Shown here in pieces: positions 49,801 through 60,555 of a stretch of 64,000 nucleotides of DNA; position 1 is the stretch's first letter, and every line of letters begins with the position of its first letter. The notes beneath the pieces are model-generated. The model did not search any database and had not been told where the DNA came from. It was given only the letters and a program-made list of their open reading frames with translations. The position numbers were made by a program, and so were the translations under genes. The DNA lies in assembly GCF_052425735.1 (NCBI RefSeq), contig NC_135760.1, positions 10,602,001 through 10,666,000 of the forward strand, given 5' to 3'. The DNA is from Oculina patagonica. Taxonomy: Eukaryota.

Positions 49801-52800
49801 TCGAGCCAATTTTAAGGTGCTCGACCCAGCCGAACCACCGCCCACAGGGAGGAATCCACAATCAATGGAAACAGACGAAACAGAGGGGAGAGACCGGACA
49901 TGACGCGGGACGGCCCCGCGAGACCCTACGTCACGCGCCAGAGAGCGAAAGAGGCGAGACAGACAGAGATGGGAGGCCCGCCACCCCGAGGGGCGAAGGA
50001 GCCATGGCCCACCCGCCCACACCCGACCCACGAAGAGGGCGCGAGGAGACGACCGCGGACCGCGCCCGAGCCCCGAGTGGGAGGGGCGGGGCGGGGAGGC
50101 GAGGGCAGCGGGGTGGCGGGGGGACCGCGAGCGCGAGGGGGGGGGGGCGGGCGGGGGGAGGGAGGGCGGCACCGGACGACTCCCAAAGTATGCAGTTCAG
50201 TCTATGTGTATCATGTGAATAGTGGATATGTATTGACATAGTGAGGGTCAAAGGATAGGTATCGCAAGAAAAAACTGGGTCGAGCCACCTTAAGGGGACA
50301 GACCATGAACTTAATGGCGCTCCTGTAAATATCTAATTGCCGTAAGCCCCCTTCCTAATCAGCCCCTTTTCGAAAGTCTTGAGAGAAATAAGCACTCCCT
50401 CCTTCCCCTGGGGAAGATGAGCTTTTGCGCCTTAGAATGTATGAATTTGTTTATTCACATTACCTATCAAATATGTTAGAGGTTTATCCGGATCTGTCCA
50501 GCCCTCGCATGTGACGTTGAACTGCGTTTCCAAAGCGAACCCTTCTGAAACAGGGACATTGCACTTTCCCCCAGTCGGGGCAATGTTCATTACCATCTCT
50601 TCAATCACATATCCCCCTGGGTACCCCCCTGGTCTCCAAGCATTTAGCTGTAGCCTGTACTCTTTGCCAGGCTCCAGATATCCAGCTTCAATGACTAAGC
50701 TCGAGGCTTCAAGTCCAGTAGCTTGTGTATAGTCTACCCAGTCTGTTTTCTCCTCCCAGGCGCTGTCATCATCTCTGTTCAATCCTTCTTTTAACAAGTA
50801 AAGTGTCCACTGATACCCCAGGCGGTCACTAGACGAACAGTCGATGCACAGGCTTTCCACAATCAGTCTTTCCAAAGGATTTTTCTTTTCAAGTACATTG
50901 AACACATACCTGGTGGGCAAACGGTAAAAAACATTCAAACTTCTATTAGAGGAAGAGTATTGAACGTTGCAGGGTGGTGGTCAGCCGCATGGAGCAACTA
51001 AACTTAAGTTGAGACCAATAGTATTTGAACCCCGGTCGCTGACATGCCAAGCAGGAATGATATCCACAGGAGGCAGCGTGGCCGAGTGGTTAGAGCGCCG
51101 GACTTGAAATCTGGAGGTCCCGGGTTCAAGTCCCGTTCTGACCACTATCTGGATTTGTTCTCGGTCGTCCCGAGTTCAAATCCTCGGTCATGCTTGTAAT
51201 TATAAATAGCCAACTGGTCTGCCTCCTGCCAGTTGGGATTTTTAACCATGTTATGTTATATTTGTTCAGTATTTGTTTCATATACACGGCCCCACAAGCT
51301 TCTAGCTTTAAACACAAACCGTTTATAAATAAAGTTGCCTTTACCTTTTTACTAAGTTACCGACGACCTGTTACCAGAATTCTGTTTGTTTTTTTCCTTT
51401 CGCTATTATTAAAGCTTACTGCAAGCAACACAAGCTAAAGTAGGCTAACCGGAGTGCTATCTATGCTAACCGGAGTGCTTGTTAGGCTAACTGAACGCTA
51501 TTTAGGCTAACTGTAGTGCTATTCAGGCTTGCGGGAGCGCTAGTTAGGCTACCCACAGTGCTAGCGCTGTTTAGTGTTCACTACATGAACTGAGTGTTAC
51601 GAGGTATAGATATGTCATGAGGTGTCTCGCTATTGTCTCGCGACATCAACTGAGTGCTAAATAGCTAGTCCCTATTTTAGGTCGCATGAACGAGGATACA
51701 CTTACTTTATCACCATTGTAGGCGGTTGTCCTCTAAGTACTTCCACTGTCTGGTCATACTGAGCCCTGCGCGTCTCCTTACTTACTATAACTCTAAAATC
51801 GTAAAGTGCATTTTGGTAGAAGTCACCCGTAAACACGGAAACTTTTTTGTTGTTCCCTCCGAAAACATAGGTTCCATTCTCCCAGCAGCCCCCGCTGTCA
51901 CTTTGAAACGAAATGGACTCTGGGAAACCTTCTTCTTTCTTTTTGCACATCCAAGTGAATGTGATACCGGTCATATCACCAGGAACATCCGGGTCTTTTG
52001 AATCTGACGCGTCCAGAGTCAAGGGTAACTGATAGCCAACAGAACGTTTCACACTGCCTAAAAAGAGAAGCATGAAAAGACACAGCTTTTTTCAAGTTCG
52101 AAAAACTCGGAAGAGATCTGCTGTTCACTGCTAGTGCTTCAGCTCCGTTCCGTAGCATGGATGGATGCTACATTCTCGTCCCCAAAGCCGCTTATCCTTT
52201 TTTTTTACTGGCTGAGCCTGTACACGAGAAACAAGTGGTTCTGGGGACACATGATTTGATTTGATTGGCTGGTATTTTAACAAAAGGAACGCCAAAAAAA
52301 TGAGCTGTTTTTAAATCCCTTTATTTAAACTGGAGTTTTAGACAGTTGATTTGATTGGCTTGATTTGAAACCCCCTTTGGTTAGATGTAGCCAATCAAAG
52401 CATGTATCCCCAGAGCAACTTGTTTCTCGTGCACAGGTTCAGCTGGCTAAGAGGGACAAGCGGCTCTGGAGACGAGAATGGGGATACTCGTCTATCACAG
52501 TTTATTACCCAGTATTTTCTCAAGTCACCTAAGTTACTGGGTGACTTGAAAATCGGTGACAGACCATGAGGGTAGGGGGCTCCAAGAATTCTACATAAGG
52601 AACCCTAGTTTCGAACCAATTCTCGACATACTGAATTTATGTTTGTCTGCATCACTACATTTCCACACATGCAAAGATCTAGAGCTGTGACTAAAACACA
52701 CATTGTACAAGTTTATAGATAATAATAAGATAACAACATCACCGCTCTTAGCAGTGGATTAGCTGGCGTACCATCTACAATTACATTAATGAAGTTGATA

Positions 52801-55800
52801 AGGTCCACAGGGACACCAGACCAACTGTCAAGAATTTAAGGGTAGTACGCCTGCCTTAAAAAAAACACTAGGGTTCAAAGGAAGAAGTGCATATACAGTG
52901 AAATCCTAATATCTCTTACCCTCGAATTCTTGAACCTTCCAAAAACTCGACCAAAAGTCGTTTCCCTACCCTTTTTAGGAACACAGTAATTTTGCTTCCG
53001 ATTTCGTGAATTTCCCGAGTTCACGATCCAATTTTCCTATTTTTAGAGGTTCGAGAAAACGGGATTCAACTCATAAAATAAAAAGTAAACTGATCGTAAA
53101 GGCAGGGCACTGAGGTAGGAAACTAAACTCAACCATTGTACAGTCAACTCTCTCTTAACGGACACCTCTATAAGACGGACACCTCTTTAAAGGGACCGTG
53201 TCACGGTAGCCAACTTAGGCATGGAAATGACCATCAAATTTGTTTAATGATAAATACCTCTAAAACAGGAAGGAGTTTTTAATAACACACAAATGAAAAG
53301 AAGGAGGAGGCCAAAAGTGTGAAGATTGAAACGGATTGATTGGGCTTTTGAAATATGGTCCGGCGGAACAGTTTTCAAAGTTAATCTTGTCTGCTTGTAA
53401 CTTTAATTTATGACGCCCGGGAGACACATTTGGCTGCAATGAACTATGGTTTTGTCATTTAGAATCATAGAATTAATTTCTTTCACTTATTTCTGGAATT
53501 TTGGCAAAATGAATAACATAAGATTAACTTAGCCGTGACACAGTCCCTTTAAGACGGACACCTTGTGTTAGTCCCGTCCCTGCCGTTTTTCAGTCATTTT
53601 ACTCGTAATTAATTTCTCTATAAGACGGACACCTCTCTAAGATGGACTGTTGGAACCGATCCCGACGGTGTCCGTTTTAGAGAGAGTTGACTGTACATGT
53701 AAAGCTCCTTGCTTTTCAGCCCTTACCTCTTATCACGGCGAACATGTCTGACCGCTTTACTTCAATCCACCAGCTGTATGTTTCGAAGATCTCCGACAAA
53801 TCTCGATCCTCCTTTCCGATGAAGCCAAGCTTTAGGCTAAACTTGATGAAGCCGAACGGAAGCTTTCTTTCCCTTATCAGCAAATCTGCTGACTGTAAAG
53901 TTTCTTGCGTGACGGGAACATCGAGAATATGCACGAGTTCTACGGGAAGTTCCAATGGTGTGCTCTCATTATTCGGATTGTCGCGGGTCACCAAGAACAC
54001 GCCCCATGTAAACACGAGGCTTGCCGCCACAGGACATCTGTAGCTGACCTGATGCTTTAAAAGCAGCATCTCAGACTTCTGAATCTTCTCGGGTGGATCC
54101 TGTAAATCTTCGCCAACAATTTTTACTGTGGGTACATCACATGGGTTACTCGTGATATTCACAAGAGTGCTTGCAATCTGCTTCGACACAGTATTGTAAG
54201 CCGTTAGCTTCGCGGGGTACGATCCCATATCGACATAAGTATGGCTGACGTTTACTCGTGTCTGGTTGGCGGTCAGCTCGTGAAAAAACTTGAATGTGTT
54301 ATTACTACAGCGTTTCTCTCCTAATAGCATCGCAGAAGAATCATGAAAGTCTAGCTTCAGGCAAGTGTCTGTTCCAAGTTCCTCGATATGTATGTCAAAA
54401 CGGGTCGGATCACCTTTGTACGTGGGATAACTGGAGTTGATCAATATCTTTCCGACAGCTTTTTCGATGGTGATGTACTTAGTCGCATGCATACTTGCTA
54501 AAATATTGTCCACAGTAACCCCAACTTCGTATGTCCCAGAGTGGTTATAACTATGTGACGTGTAGGGCTCTGATGTGAGACGCAATGGCGAACCATCACC
54601 AAAGTCCCAGGCATAACTGTTGTCTTTCGCTTGAGATGTTACGTTGAAAAATACCTTTTCCTTGGAACGGAAAAAGTTTTTCACCTCTCCGAAGCCGTGG
54701 GTCAGCACTCCATCCTCTAGTCGCCTTATATTGATACTGACATTTTTAAGTTCTTGCACGTCGATATCTGCTGTCAACACGAGACTACTGACGTTGTTGG
54801 AAATGTTCACCCAAGTTGTAAAAACTCCCTCTTGTCCAAACGTGTGCATCTGTACATAGGGTCGAACGGGTGAAATGTCAAAAGGATTTTTATCTGTTAG
54901 ACTAGATCCGTCGTCAAAATCCCAAACGCAAACTGCATCTGTTGGAGGCGTCACATTGGCTAATACGCTTAATTGATATATGACTTGGCCAGGATTAAGC
55001 CTTATTGGGCTGTTTGTAGACAGAGAAATGTTTGCAACTGGATACTCTACCACCAAAGCATAAGGCAAGTTCATCGAGACTGCAAAAAGAGAATTACTAA
55101 CTGTGACTTTCACAGGAAAGTTCCCATCTTCAGTAAACGCGTGCATTCTGGATTCCAGCTCGTCTGGGTGCGCCAGCGCGCGGTATGCGGTGTACCGGCT
55201 GCCGTCACTATAGTCCCACACATATTGTATCCGGGAACCTTCTCTGACTGTGACGTCTACGGAGACGTTTTCATGTACCCGGATGAACTTCTTTTCACTT
55301 GTAACAGTTACGTCTTTTATGGGAATATCTACATCAACGACGAGTTTGTACTCCTCGCTGCCCAAGCGGTTGTGACAATTGACGGAAGTATTGTAAGAAC
55401 CAATTTCTGAGTACCGATGGTACAGCACCTCTCCGAGATGGGTGTGGTCGATTTCGAGTGTTTCTCCGTCTCCAAAGTTTAAGGTGCAGAAGAAGGTGGT
55501 TCCTGTTGTCATCTGGACTAAAATTTCCGAGTCTGTGCCAAAAGTGGTTGGACTGGCACTTAAAGTGAGTCCTGTGATATTCTCGAGATTCTGTATCACT
55601 ACAGTGGCGTTGAGAAGCCGTTTGACGGAGTTCACCGCGTTGTAACACGTTATTTCTACCTTGTACGTCCCTATGTCGTTATAAACATGGGCTGTAGAGT
55701 ACTCGGTGCTTATTGTAGGCGGTGTGCCATCTTTGAAGTCGAACGAGCACTTGACATTAGTGCCATTGCGCACGACTCGATGGACAGTCACTACGTCACC

Positions 55801-58800
55801 AACGGCGAAGTACACGTTCTGTGTGACATGCGCAGCGGGGAGACTGAACACCACTTCTGAAACTGGAATTTCTACCAGAGCCTGAGAACTTATGGAAATG
55901 TTCGGTCCAACCAAGTTGAAGGCGAAGATAGTGACGGTGTAATTCCCGACAGCCGAATAGAGATGAGTGGTGGCACATTTTCGACTCTCTTCAAGTGTGG
56001 TGGCCTCTTCGTATCGTGCGCTTCCATCTCCAAAGTCTACCACATAAGTAATGTTGGTACCTTCGGCTGCTTCCCACTCGATTTCAGTCATCAAGCCAAC
56101 CGCCTTGGCTTCGATGGGCTTTGAGAACTTAAATCCAGTAATAAAGTCGAACACAGCAATGACCGACGGTAGAGTAACTTGATTTACGGAGTTCGCCACG
56201 ATCAGTGTGATGTAATAGGTACCAGGGGATGTGTACGTGTGGCTAGTTGAATTAACTTGCGTGCGTAATTTGTTTCCGTCTCCAAAGTCCCAGATGTAAG
56301 TAATGTTCGACCCAGAATGCCAAGGAACATCAAATACAACAGGGTCATGCGTATTCACGATGCTACGATGCGACATCGTGACGTCATCAGCCACGGGAAT
56401 ATCAATGGCCACAAGCACGGTCTGCGTGACGTTGGACGTCACGTGTTTGACACCAGTGGACTGGTACAGATGTCTTATGACGAAGTCCGCGGCGTGGACG
56501 TAATGCGCCGCCATGATGTAGTGCCTGTGGTGCATGCTGGGATTGCTTGACCTAAGCAGTTTGTCTCCTGGTACTGGATTGCTGTTGTACTCGAATTCAA
56601 ACGCTGCGCCATCTGCGGGTGTTATCACCTTAAAAGCAAGTTCCCCTCCTTCAGATATCCAGCCGAGAACATCCCCTTGTTTTACCGAGATCTGCTCTTC
56701 TGTTGGTAAGCTCTTGATGTGATGCCCCAGTGTGTCGATCGTGATTCGATTTTCTGAAACGAGTTCGTAATCCGCCCTGGGCGCGTCCGTTTGATACGGC
56801 ACAAGAGGTGCACACGTTTTCCTGGTCTCTGTAGTGTTGGCTATGCAGCGCCGTCTGAAAACGCAGAAGATTTCCGACGGTTGACACCTGTTCTTGTTGG
56901 TGGGATCACACATGTCACTCTCCGGCACACACGACTTGTTTGATAGACAATACTTTTCGCCACTAAAACAGCGCGGACGGAACACCTAAAACAAAATTGT
57001 TTACAAAATGTTATTCAAGTCTAGACCATCAATAGAACAAGTATCAATCGATGGCGTTGATAAGCAACGTGACAATTACTCTTTTTGGCATTTTAGCCTG
57101 ACTCTTATTGGAGTAATGGGCAGAGCGTAAGGTGTGGAGTAATAACATAGAAAAAAATATAAAGGCAAACTCCTTGGTAGGAGGCCCATCAGGCTGGGGC
57201 TTGTCCCAGTTTCCGTAGCATTGAGCGACTAGGAGTATTGCTACTCCCCCCTGTATGATAACATGGTTAAAAATCCCAACTGGCAGGAGGCAAACCAGCT
57301 GGCTATATACAAAGCGTGACCGACGATTTGAACTCGGGACTACCGAGAAACAAATCCAGCTAGTGGCGGGGGGGGGGGGGGGGGGGTCTTGAACCGGGGA
57401 CCTCCGGATTACAACACCAGCGCCCTAAATCACTCGGCCACGCTTGCCTTGTAAAGTGTCTTGTCCAAGAATCCCAGCCATGGCTCGAACTCATACCCCG
57501 GCGTAGTTGTGGCCGCGCGCTAACCAAAACGGCACCGCGCCTCCCATAAAGCTGCAAAGCTATACTCATAATAATCATCTAACCCACCTGTAATCTCACG
57601 TTTCCAGTCTTTGCTCCTTCAAACTCCCATTCAGTAACTCTACCGTCGTGACGAAACTCGTAAGCTGGTGACACGATCGTCCCTTGGGGACCGGACGGGA
57701 CTAAATGTATTGTATTGTTGCTACGAGGAATGGCTGGTCCGGAGTTGTAATAGCGAGAACCTAATAAGAAAAAAAAAATGTTAAACTGTATGCTGCATCT
57801 AAGGTCACTTCTACAAGATTTTAATCGCTCTCTGTAGGATACAGCGACGGGAAATATTCCCTGGATGGGATAGTTGTCCATCACATGCTACCCTCAGCAT
57901 TCTGTCAGGATGCCCAAATAATACGCCGACACTCACACTTCTGGGTAAAAAGAGGTACTGCGAGAATGAAGTATAAAAACACAACACAATGACTCGGTCA
58001 CCGATCGAATCCGGACCACTTGATTCGGAGTCCATCGAGCCAGCCATTAAGTCATTACCCCTGCCGACAGCATGTATCAATCTTGCTTAAATCCAACCTG
58101 GAAGCAACAGAGGCATGGATGTGTACATGTACATTTTGAATACGTTCTGTAATTCACTACATACAATACCTATTGTTTTTACAGTTTCGAAAGGAAACAA
58201 GTAAAATAAAACGCTAAGTTGTTCTGATAGAGCAAGGTTACCCCGTTCTTTGTCACTGCATTATCGTTTTGAATTATAAAGGTTTACTTACTCAGTGAGA
58301 TGGACTCGTAACTCCCGTCACCAAAGAAGAAAGTGTTATTGATGCGCGATCCTCGAATCAGCGAACCATCACACTCTACCCAGGATCCTAGAGGAACTGA
58401 GTGCGGACAGTGTAACTCTATGGGTCCCATGGGATCATCTACGTCATACATCTGTAAAAAATAAACGCAAATATAAAACTTTTTCACTTAACAACAAATT
58501 TGATAGCCATGTTTTATTTTGATAATTATAGTGCGCATAAATGTTTCACGTCCATTAATACGGGCGTTTCCGAGCAATTAATGGCGTCGTTTTCGCTTCA
58601 CTGTCTGTAACTCTCTAAGGGAAGTGTCATCTTTAGTGCACTTTCTTTACCCAACAAGAAACGCCGACCAATGAAAGGTGGTCATAAAGACGGGCACTTC
58701 TGAGCAATGGCGTCCTTTTCGTTTCACTGTCTTTTATTTCAAACTCTGTAAGGGAAGTGTCATCGCAAGTATACTTTCTTTACGCAATGAAAGGTGGTGG

Positions 58801-60555
58801 TCTATTTCTTCCCCCTCTCCCTCCCCGTGCGTCATCTTTAGAGATGGTGACTGCCATGTACTGTATACCCTCCCCCCCTTAACAAGGAGTAAAAAAGTTT
58901 CAAAATTTTCTTTGTCGTTTTTAGGGAAGTGGAAGCTCAATACAAGTGAAATATTTTGAACTAAGTGACTCATCTCTAAATCTTGTGCGAGTAAATTTTG
59001 TTTATGAGGTTCATATAATTCTTCTTCTTAGTTCTTGTATTCTCCCCTAGGCTCTTAACTAGGTGAGACTGCTAGAGTTCAGGTACCCTGAGTGAAAATA
59101 TTTAAGATTTTGTTTTACTATACCGTGAATACTAAACTATTCTTGAATACTGAAGAAATCTTCTCCGAGAAATCTTAATTTGTACTTTCTTACCTCAGAT
59201 ACCGTTATTGAGCCAGTTATGGGGTTTGTTGCTTCCATAGAGACAATATACGAACCGGGCTGGTCATAAATATGATGGGCCTGAGGCTGTTTTAAAGGCT
59301 CTAACGATTCTGAACCATCACCGAGTTTGAAAGAGAATGTAACGTTCAGTCCATTGATCATGTCTCCGAATATTGTTACTGGTTCAAGGAGCGGCAGACG
59401 AGCTGTTTTGATGAGACTCAGACCCAGTATTCTCTCGGACGCAGAATAGACGCTGTTTCTCAGTCGGCCACCGCATCTGGGCAATTAAAGGAAAAGAAAA
59501 ATATGTTTCAAACGTAAGGTTGGCCGCTTAATAGGGGTTCGTCAGAAATCAGTGTAAGGCCTTTAAGAAACGACACCTTATTTCAATGCAAACTAGCGTG
59601 GAAAGAAATCACGGAATTACATGAAGAAGACAATGCAACAAACTTCTGTTTGAATGGTCTTATCTGTCGTCACCTTCAATTTTTGACTTTTTTTCAGCGA
59701 CGAGCTTGATGAAAACAAAGCTAAACTTCCTATATCACATTCTTGCTGGCCACGGCCAAAAGGTGGCCCCGGTCGCTTAACAGAGGTGGCCGCTCTATAG
59801 GGGTTTTATTTACAGTATTATACTGACGATAGTTTCAGGACAATGACGACTGGCCGCTTAATAAGGTGGGGCGCTTAATAAGGGAGGCTGCTTAATGGGT
59901 GGCTGATTAATAGGGGTTCGACTGTATTTGTCAAATTAAAAGCGGCCTTTTGATAGTTGCCGTAAAAATTCCAAAAGTCGCTTCCCTGAAAGTAGCAATG
60001 AAATGTTGTTAGCAAAATCCGAATGTAATGATCGTCGGAAACTAAAGAACAAATTAACACAAATTTCAAACTACTTTTGGGTTAACGTTTTGGAGGATTT
60101 TAAAACACGTTAGATTTTAGATGAAAAACACCACTGAGTTCTGTCTTATCTGCCCTCGTGCCATGTCTATGTGTGTCTGTGTCTTTGTGAGTGGTTCCTT
60201 ATTGCCTCAGCGATCTCATGCGGAAATAAAAATACATCCCTTCTGACTCACAACAAGCTGTAAATAAACAAGCTCTATTGTTTCTGGAGTTCTTTTTACC
60301 TAAGCGATGCCCGTGCTTCGCTCGGCCAGCTTTCGGAGCCTGGACACGACATATCACATTCTGAATCATCCACTGCGGCAACCGGCAGAGAGTTGGCGCA
60401 CAGGCAGATATTCCCCTCTTGTAGAGTGGCATAGCGGTATTTCCTGCCGCATTGTCTAAGACAATGAAGAGGGCTGATATCCTGCATGTTGTAATCTCCT
60501 GGACTTGAGATAAACAAGCGGTTCTCCTCATTTATTGCGAAGCAACCCATATACT
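29463..60555 (-). CDS. PKD1: Polycystin-1-like protein (WSC, about 10 PKD repeats, REJ, GAIN/GPS, PLAT/LH2, polycystin channel-like TM domain); at least 22 exons, about 3,430 aa, 5' end not resolved
   Basis: Exons: 60555-60300, 59476-59194, 58451-58292, 57760-57588, 56985-53727, 52057-51706, 50909-50464, 49664-49501, 47631-47455, 46407-46282, 44688-44518, 43848-43561, 42166-41516, 40461-40248, 39603-39443, 38926-38662, 38174-37092, 35562-35475, 34981-34804, 33154-32989, 32001-31804, 30889-29463. All are GT/AG and phase-consistent (10,286 nt). Exact orthology (PKD1 versus PKD1L paralogue) needs a phylogeny. Confidence 0.9.
31054..31290. mobile_element. Foldback-type MITE with about 95-bp near-perfect inverted arms
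   Basis: atcccaggagtccattactcgtactacatggatttaacagtagcccaatattggaaaatcaaatactagc... mirrored at about 31188-31290. Confidence 0.8.
31804..32001 (-). CDS. PKD1: Polycystin-1-like exon (TOP domain)
   Basis: YSCEVAPDLRRYIDECNDWYGFFAEDTGQYDIGW...AWEFNTSDELDTLPVM; not in the ORF track. Confidence 0.87.
32989..33154 (-). CDS. PKD1: Polycystin-1-like exon (TOP domain)
   Basis: IGSRENFYLYAKTTLMNALY...IGMARFRQLRVK. Confidence 0.87.
33508..33796. mobile_element. About 290-bp MITE (tagagcggttttca / tgaaaactgctcta); further copies at 32061-32360 and 43217-43501
   Basis: Three similar same-orientation copies with TA-flanked inverted termini and internal gattgg/ccaatc repeats. Confidence 0.8.
34804..34981 (-). 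CDS. PKD1: Polycystin-1-like exon (TM6/S1)
   Basis: FKEMKMNAIIKEVALYCFFVACLCIVSYSHRDP. Confidence 0.87.
35475..35562 (-). CDS. PKD1: Polycystin-1-like exon
   Basis: EPSDKRMKPKTLIRLQPPDKTKLEQARQLR; phases 1 to 2. Confidence 0.8.
36794..36838 (-). ncRNA. Minimal type I hammerhead ribozyme motif (Penelope-associated type)
   Basis: Minus strand UGUAC-CUGAAGA-A-GGCUG-guuuggau-CAGCC-C-GAAA-UA-UA-GUACA: stem I UGUAC/GUACA, core CUGAnGA and GAAA, 5-bp stem II, minimal stem III. Confidence 0.7.
37092..38174 (-). CDS. PKD1: Polycystin-1-like exon (end of PLAT, TM2-TM5)
   Basis: SPSWY...FICESWLAVE...HLWFSV...SRFTRLQR...W...QDVLISQPIK. Confidence 0.92.
38662..38926 (-). CDS. PKD1: Polycystin-1-like exon (PLAT/LH2)
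   Basis: YEITVYTGYGKKAGTTADV...FQRRGIDVF...LWHNNAG. Confidence 0.9.
39443..39603 (-). CDS. PKD1: Polycystin-1-like exon (stalk plus TM1)
   Basis: SSMFVAPNPIDFNKVF...ENPVALAAVLGIFGVYMILAIYARREDKKD. Confidence 0.88.
40030..40235. repeat. Palindromic Penelope-like remnant containing two opposed hammerhead cores
   Basis: Centre ggtcgacc at about 40146-40153; + strand 40158-40192 acca-ctgatga-a-gggc-taa-gccc-gaaa-cg-tt-tggt; mirrored variant on the - strand at about 40094-40138. Confidence 0.7.
40248..40461 (-). CDS. PKD1: Polycystin-1-like exon (second half of GPS, acidic insert, furin-type site)
   Basis: VGPKTIANSTHCLCTPGEDDAEEIEEEVEELVTTTLAPTTAASEGNVQTQTVKKVVTRKRFRRSVSKVNIA; a|gtaagt. Confidence 0.83.
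40782..41238. repeat. Composite interspersed repeat with two direct copies of atagtcaacgag...gactatcgctcatagaaa...gggcgagtagtc
   Basis: About 40820-40898 and 41158-41237 are near-identical; an internal inverted aaccaatcagattcgcggatttcc pair is present. Confidence 0.6.
41516..42166 (-). CDS. PKD1: Polycystin-1-like exon (GAIN-B, first half of GPS)
   Basis: NPFAW...LPSCKMFNEEKNTWTTIGCK. Confidence 0.88.
43561..43848 (-). CDS. PKD1: Polycystin-1-like exon (GAIN)
   Basis: SKSQNNTKNALGVVDKVSGALL...GGVRLP...AIGST; phase 0-0. Confidence 0.8.
44004..44396. mobile_element. TTAA-flanked MITE (Kolobok-like)
   Basis: ttaa-ggggctttgtcacg ... cgtgatgtagctcct-ttaa imperfect TIRs. Confidence 0.55.
44518..44688 (-). 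CDS. PKD1: Polycystin-1-like exon (GAIN-A)
   Basis: NATVNALGEM...AIGNVVGAS...AGDP; phase 0-0. Confidence 0.8.
46282..46407 (-). CDS. PKD1: Polycystin-1-like exon (GAIN-A)
   Basis: FRGKVADQLSQLPV...LTQATGEVDEDAQ; phase 0-0. Confidence 0.8.
47455..47631 (-). CDS. PKD1: Polycystin-1-like exon
   Basis: VLEPVSVD...AASSVLN...DERAA; 177 nt, phase 0-0. Confidence 0.8.
49501..49664 (-). CDS. PKD1: Polycystin-1-like exon (REJ)
   Basis: FPLGKPEHNYTIEVRVKIMDNYLGA; phases 1 to 0. Confidence 0.85.
49812..50293. mobile_element. TTAA-flanked MITE with anomalous GC-rich interior
   Basis: ttaaggtg-ctcgacccag ... ctgggtcgagccaccttaa. Confidence 0.6.
50464..50909 (-). CDS. PKD1: Polycystin-1-like exon (REJ)
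   Basis: YQWTL...NIAPTGGKC...GFALETQFNVTCEGWTDPDKPLTY. Confidence 0.88.
51069..51335 (+). mobile_element. tRNA-derived SINE (family C); reverse copy at about 57255-57450
   Basis: A box gtggccgagtggttagagc and B box ggttcaagtcc, then body ...gcctcctgccagttgggatttttaaccatgttat shared with the 57.3-kb copy. Confidence 0.8.
51441..51565 (+). repeat. Short tandem array of about 21-bp units (taggctaacyggagtgctatt)
   Basis: About six degenerate units visible. Confidence 0.65.
51706..52057 (-). CDS. PKD1: Polycystin-1-like exon (REJ)
   Basis: LTLDASDSKDPD...FTWMC is typical of REJ. Confidence 0.88.
52172..52480. mobile_element. MITE (cattctcgtcccca / tggagacgagaatg); relatives at about 18185-18385 and 36067-36290
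   Basis: Inverted termini plus an internal inverted cacgagaaacaagt pair. Confidence 0.7.
53139..53696. mobile_element. TA-flanked MITE (cagtcaactctctc TIR) containing a nested TTAA-targeting MITE at 53191-53548
   Basis: Outer tacagtcaactctctc/gagagagttgactgta; inner agggaccgtgtcacgg/ccgtgacacagtccct with TTAA duplicated at 53187-53190 and 53549-53552. Confidence 0.8.
53727..56985 (-). CDS. PKD1: Polycystin-1-like giant exon: Cys-rich segment, about 8 PKD repeats, start of REJ
   Basis: WDFGDG, VDFGDG, FDFKDG, LNFGDG, WDYSDG, WDFDDG, WDFGDG and LDFHDS cores, each followed by H-x-Y...G-x-Y...N-x-V-S-like motifs. Confidence 0.93.
57588..57760 (-). CDS. PKD1: Polycystin-1-like exon
   Basis: SRYYNSGP...TEWEFEGAKTGNVRLQ; phases 1 to 0. 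Confidence 0.8.
58292..58451 (-). CDS. PKD1: Polycystin-1-like exon (PKD-like)
   Basis: MYDVDDPMGP...FFFGDGSYESISL; phases 0 to 1. Confidence 0.8.
59194..59476 (-). CDS. PKD1: Polycystin-1-like exon: end of WSC plus first PKD repeat
   Basis: CGGRLRNSVY...FKLGDG...HIYDQPGSYIVSMEATN. Confidence 0.85.
60300..60555 (-). CDS. PKD1: Polycystin-1-like exon: WSC domain
   Basis: EYMGCF...CLRQCGRKYRYATLQEGNICLCAN...ECDMSCPG; the next exon supplies RCGG. Confidence 0.85.

Noticed and set aside
49729-50251. Five overlapping ORFs and a possible rRNA fragment in the GC island
   Set aside because: Stop-poor only because of GC content; no conserved rRNA core motif recognised.
53687-56887. Antisense and alternative-frame ORFs overlapping polycystin exons
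   Set aside because: Shadows of the coding strand with no independent features.
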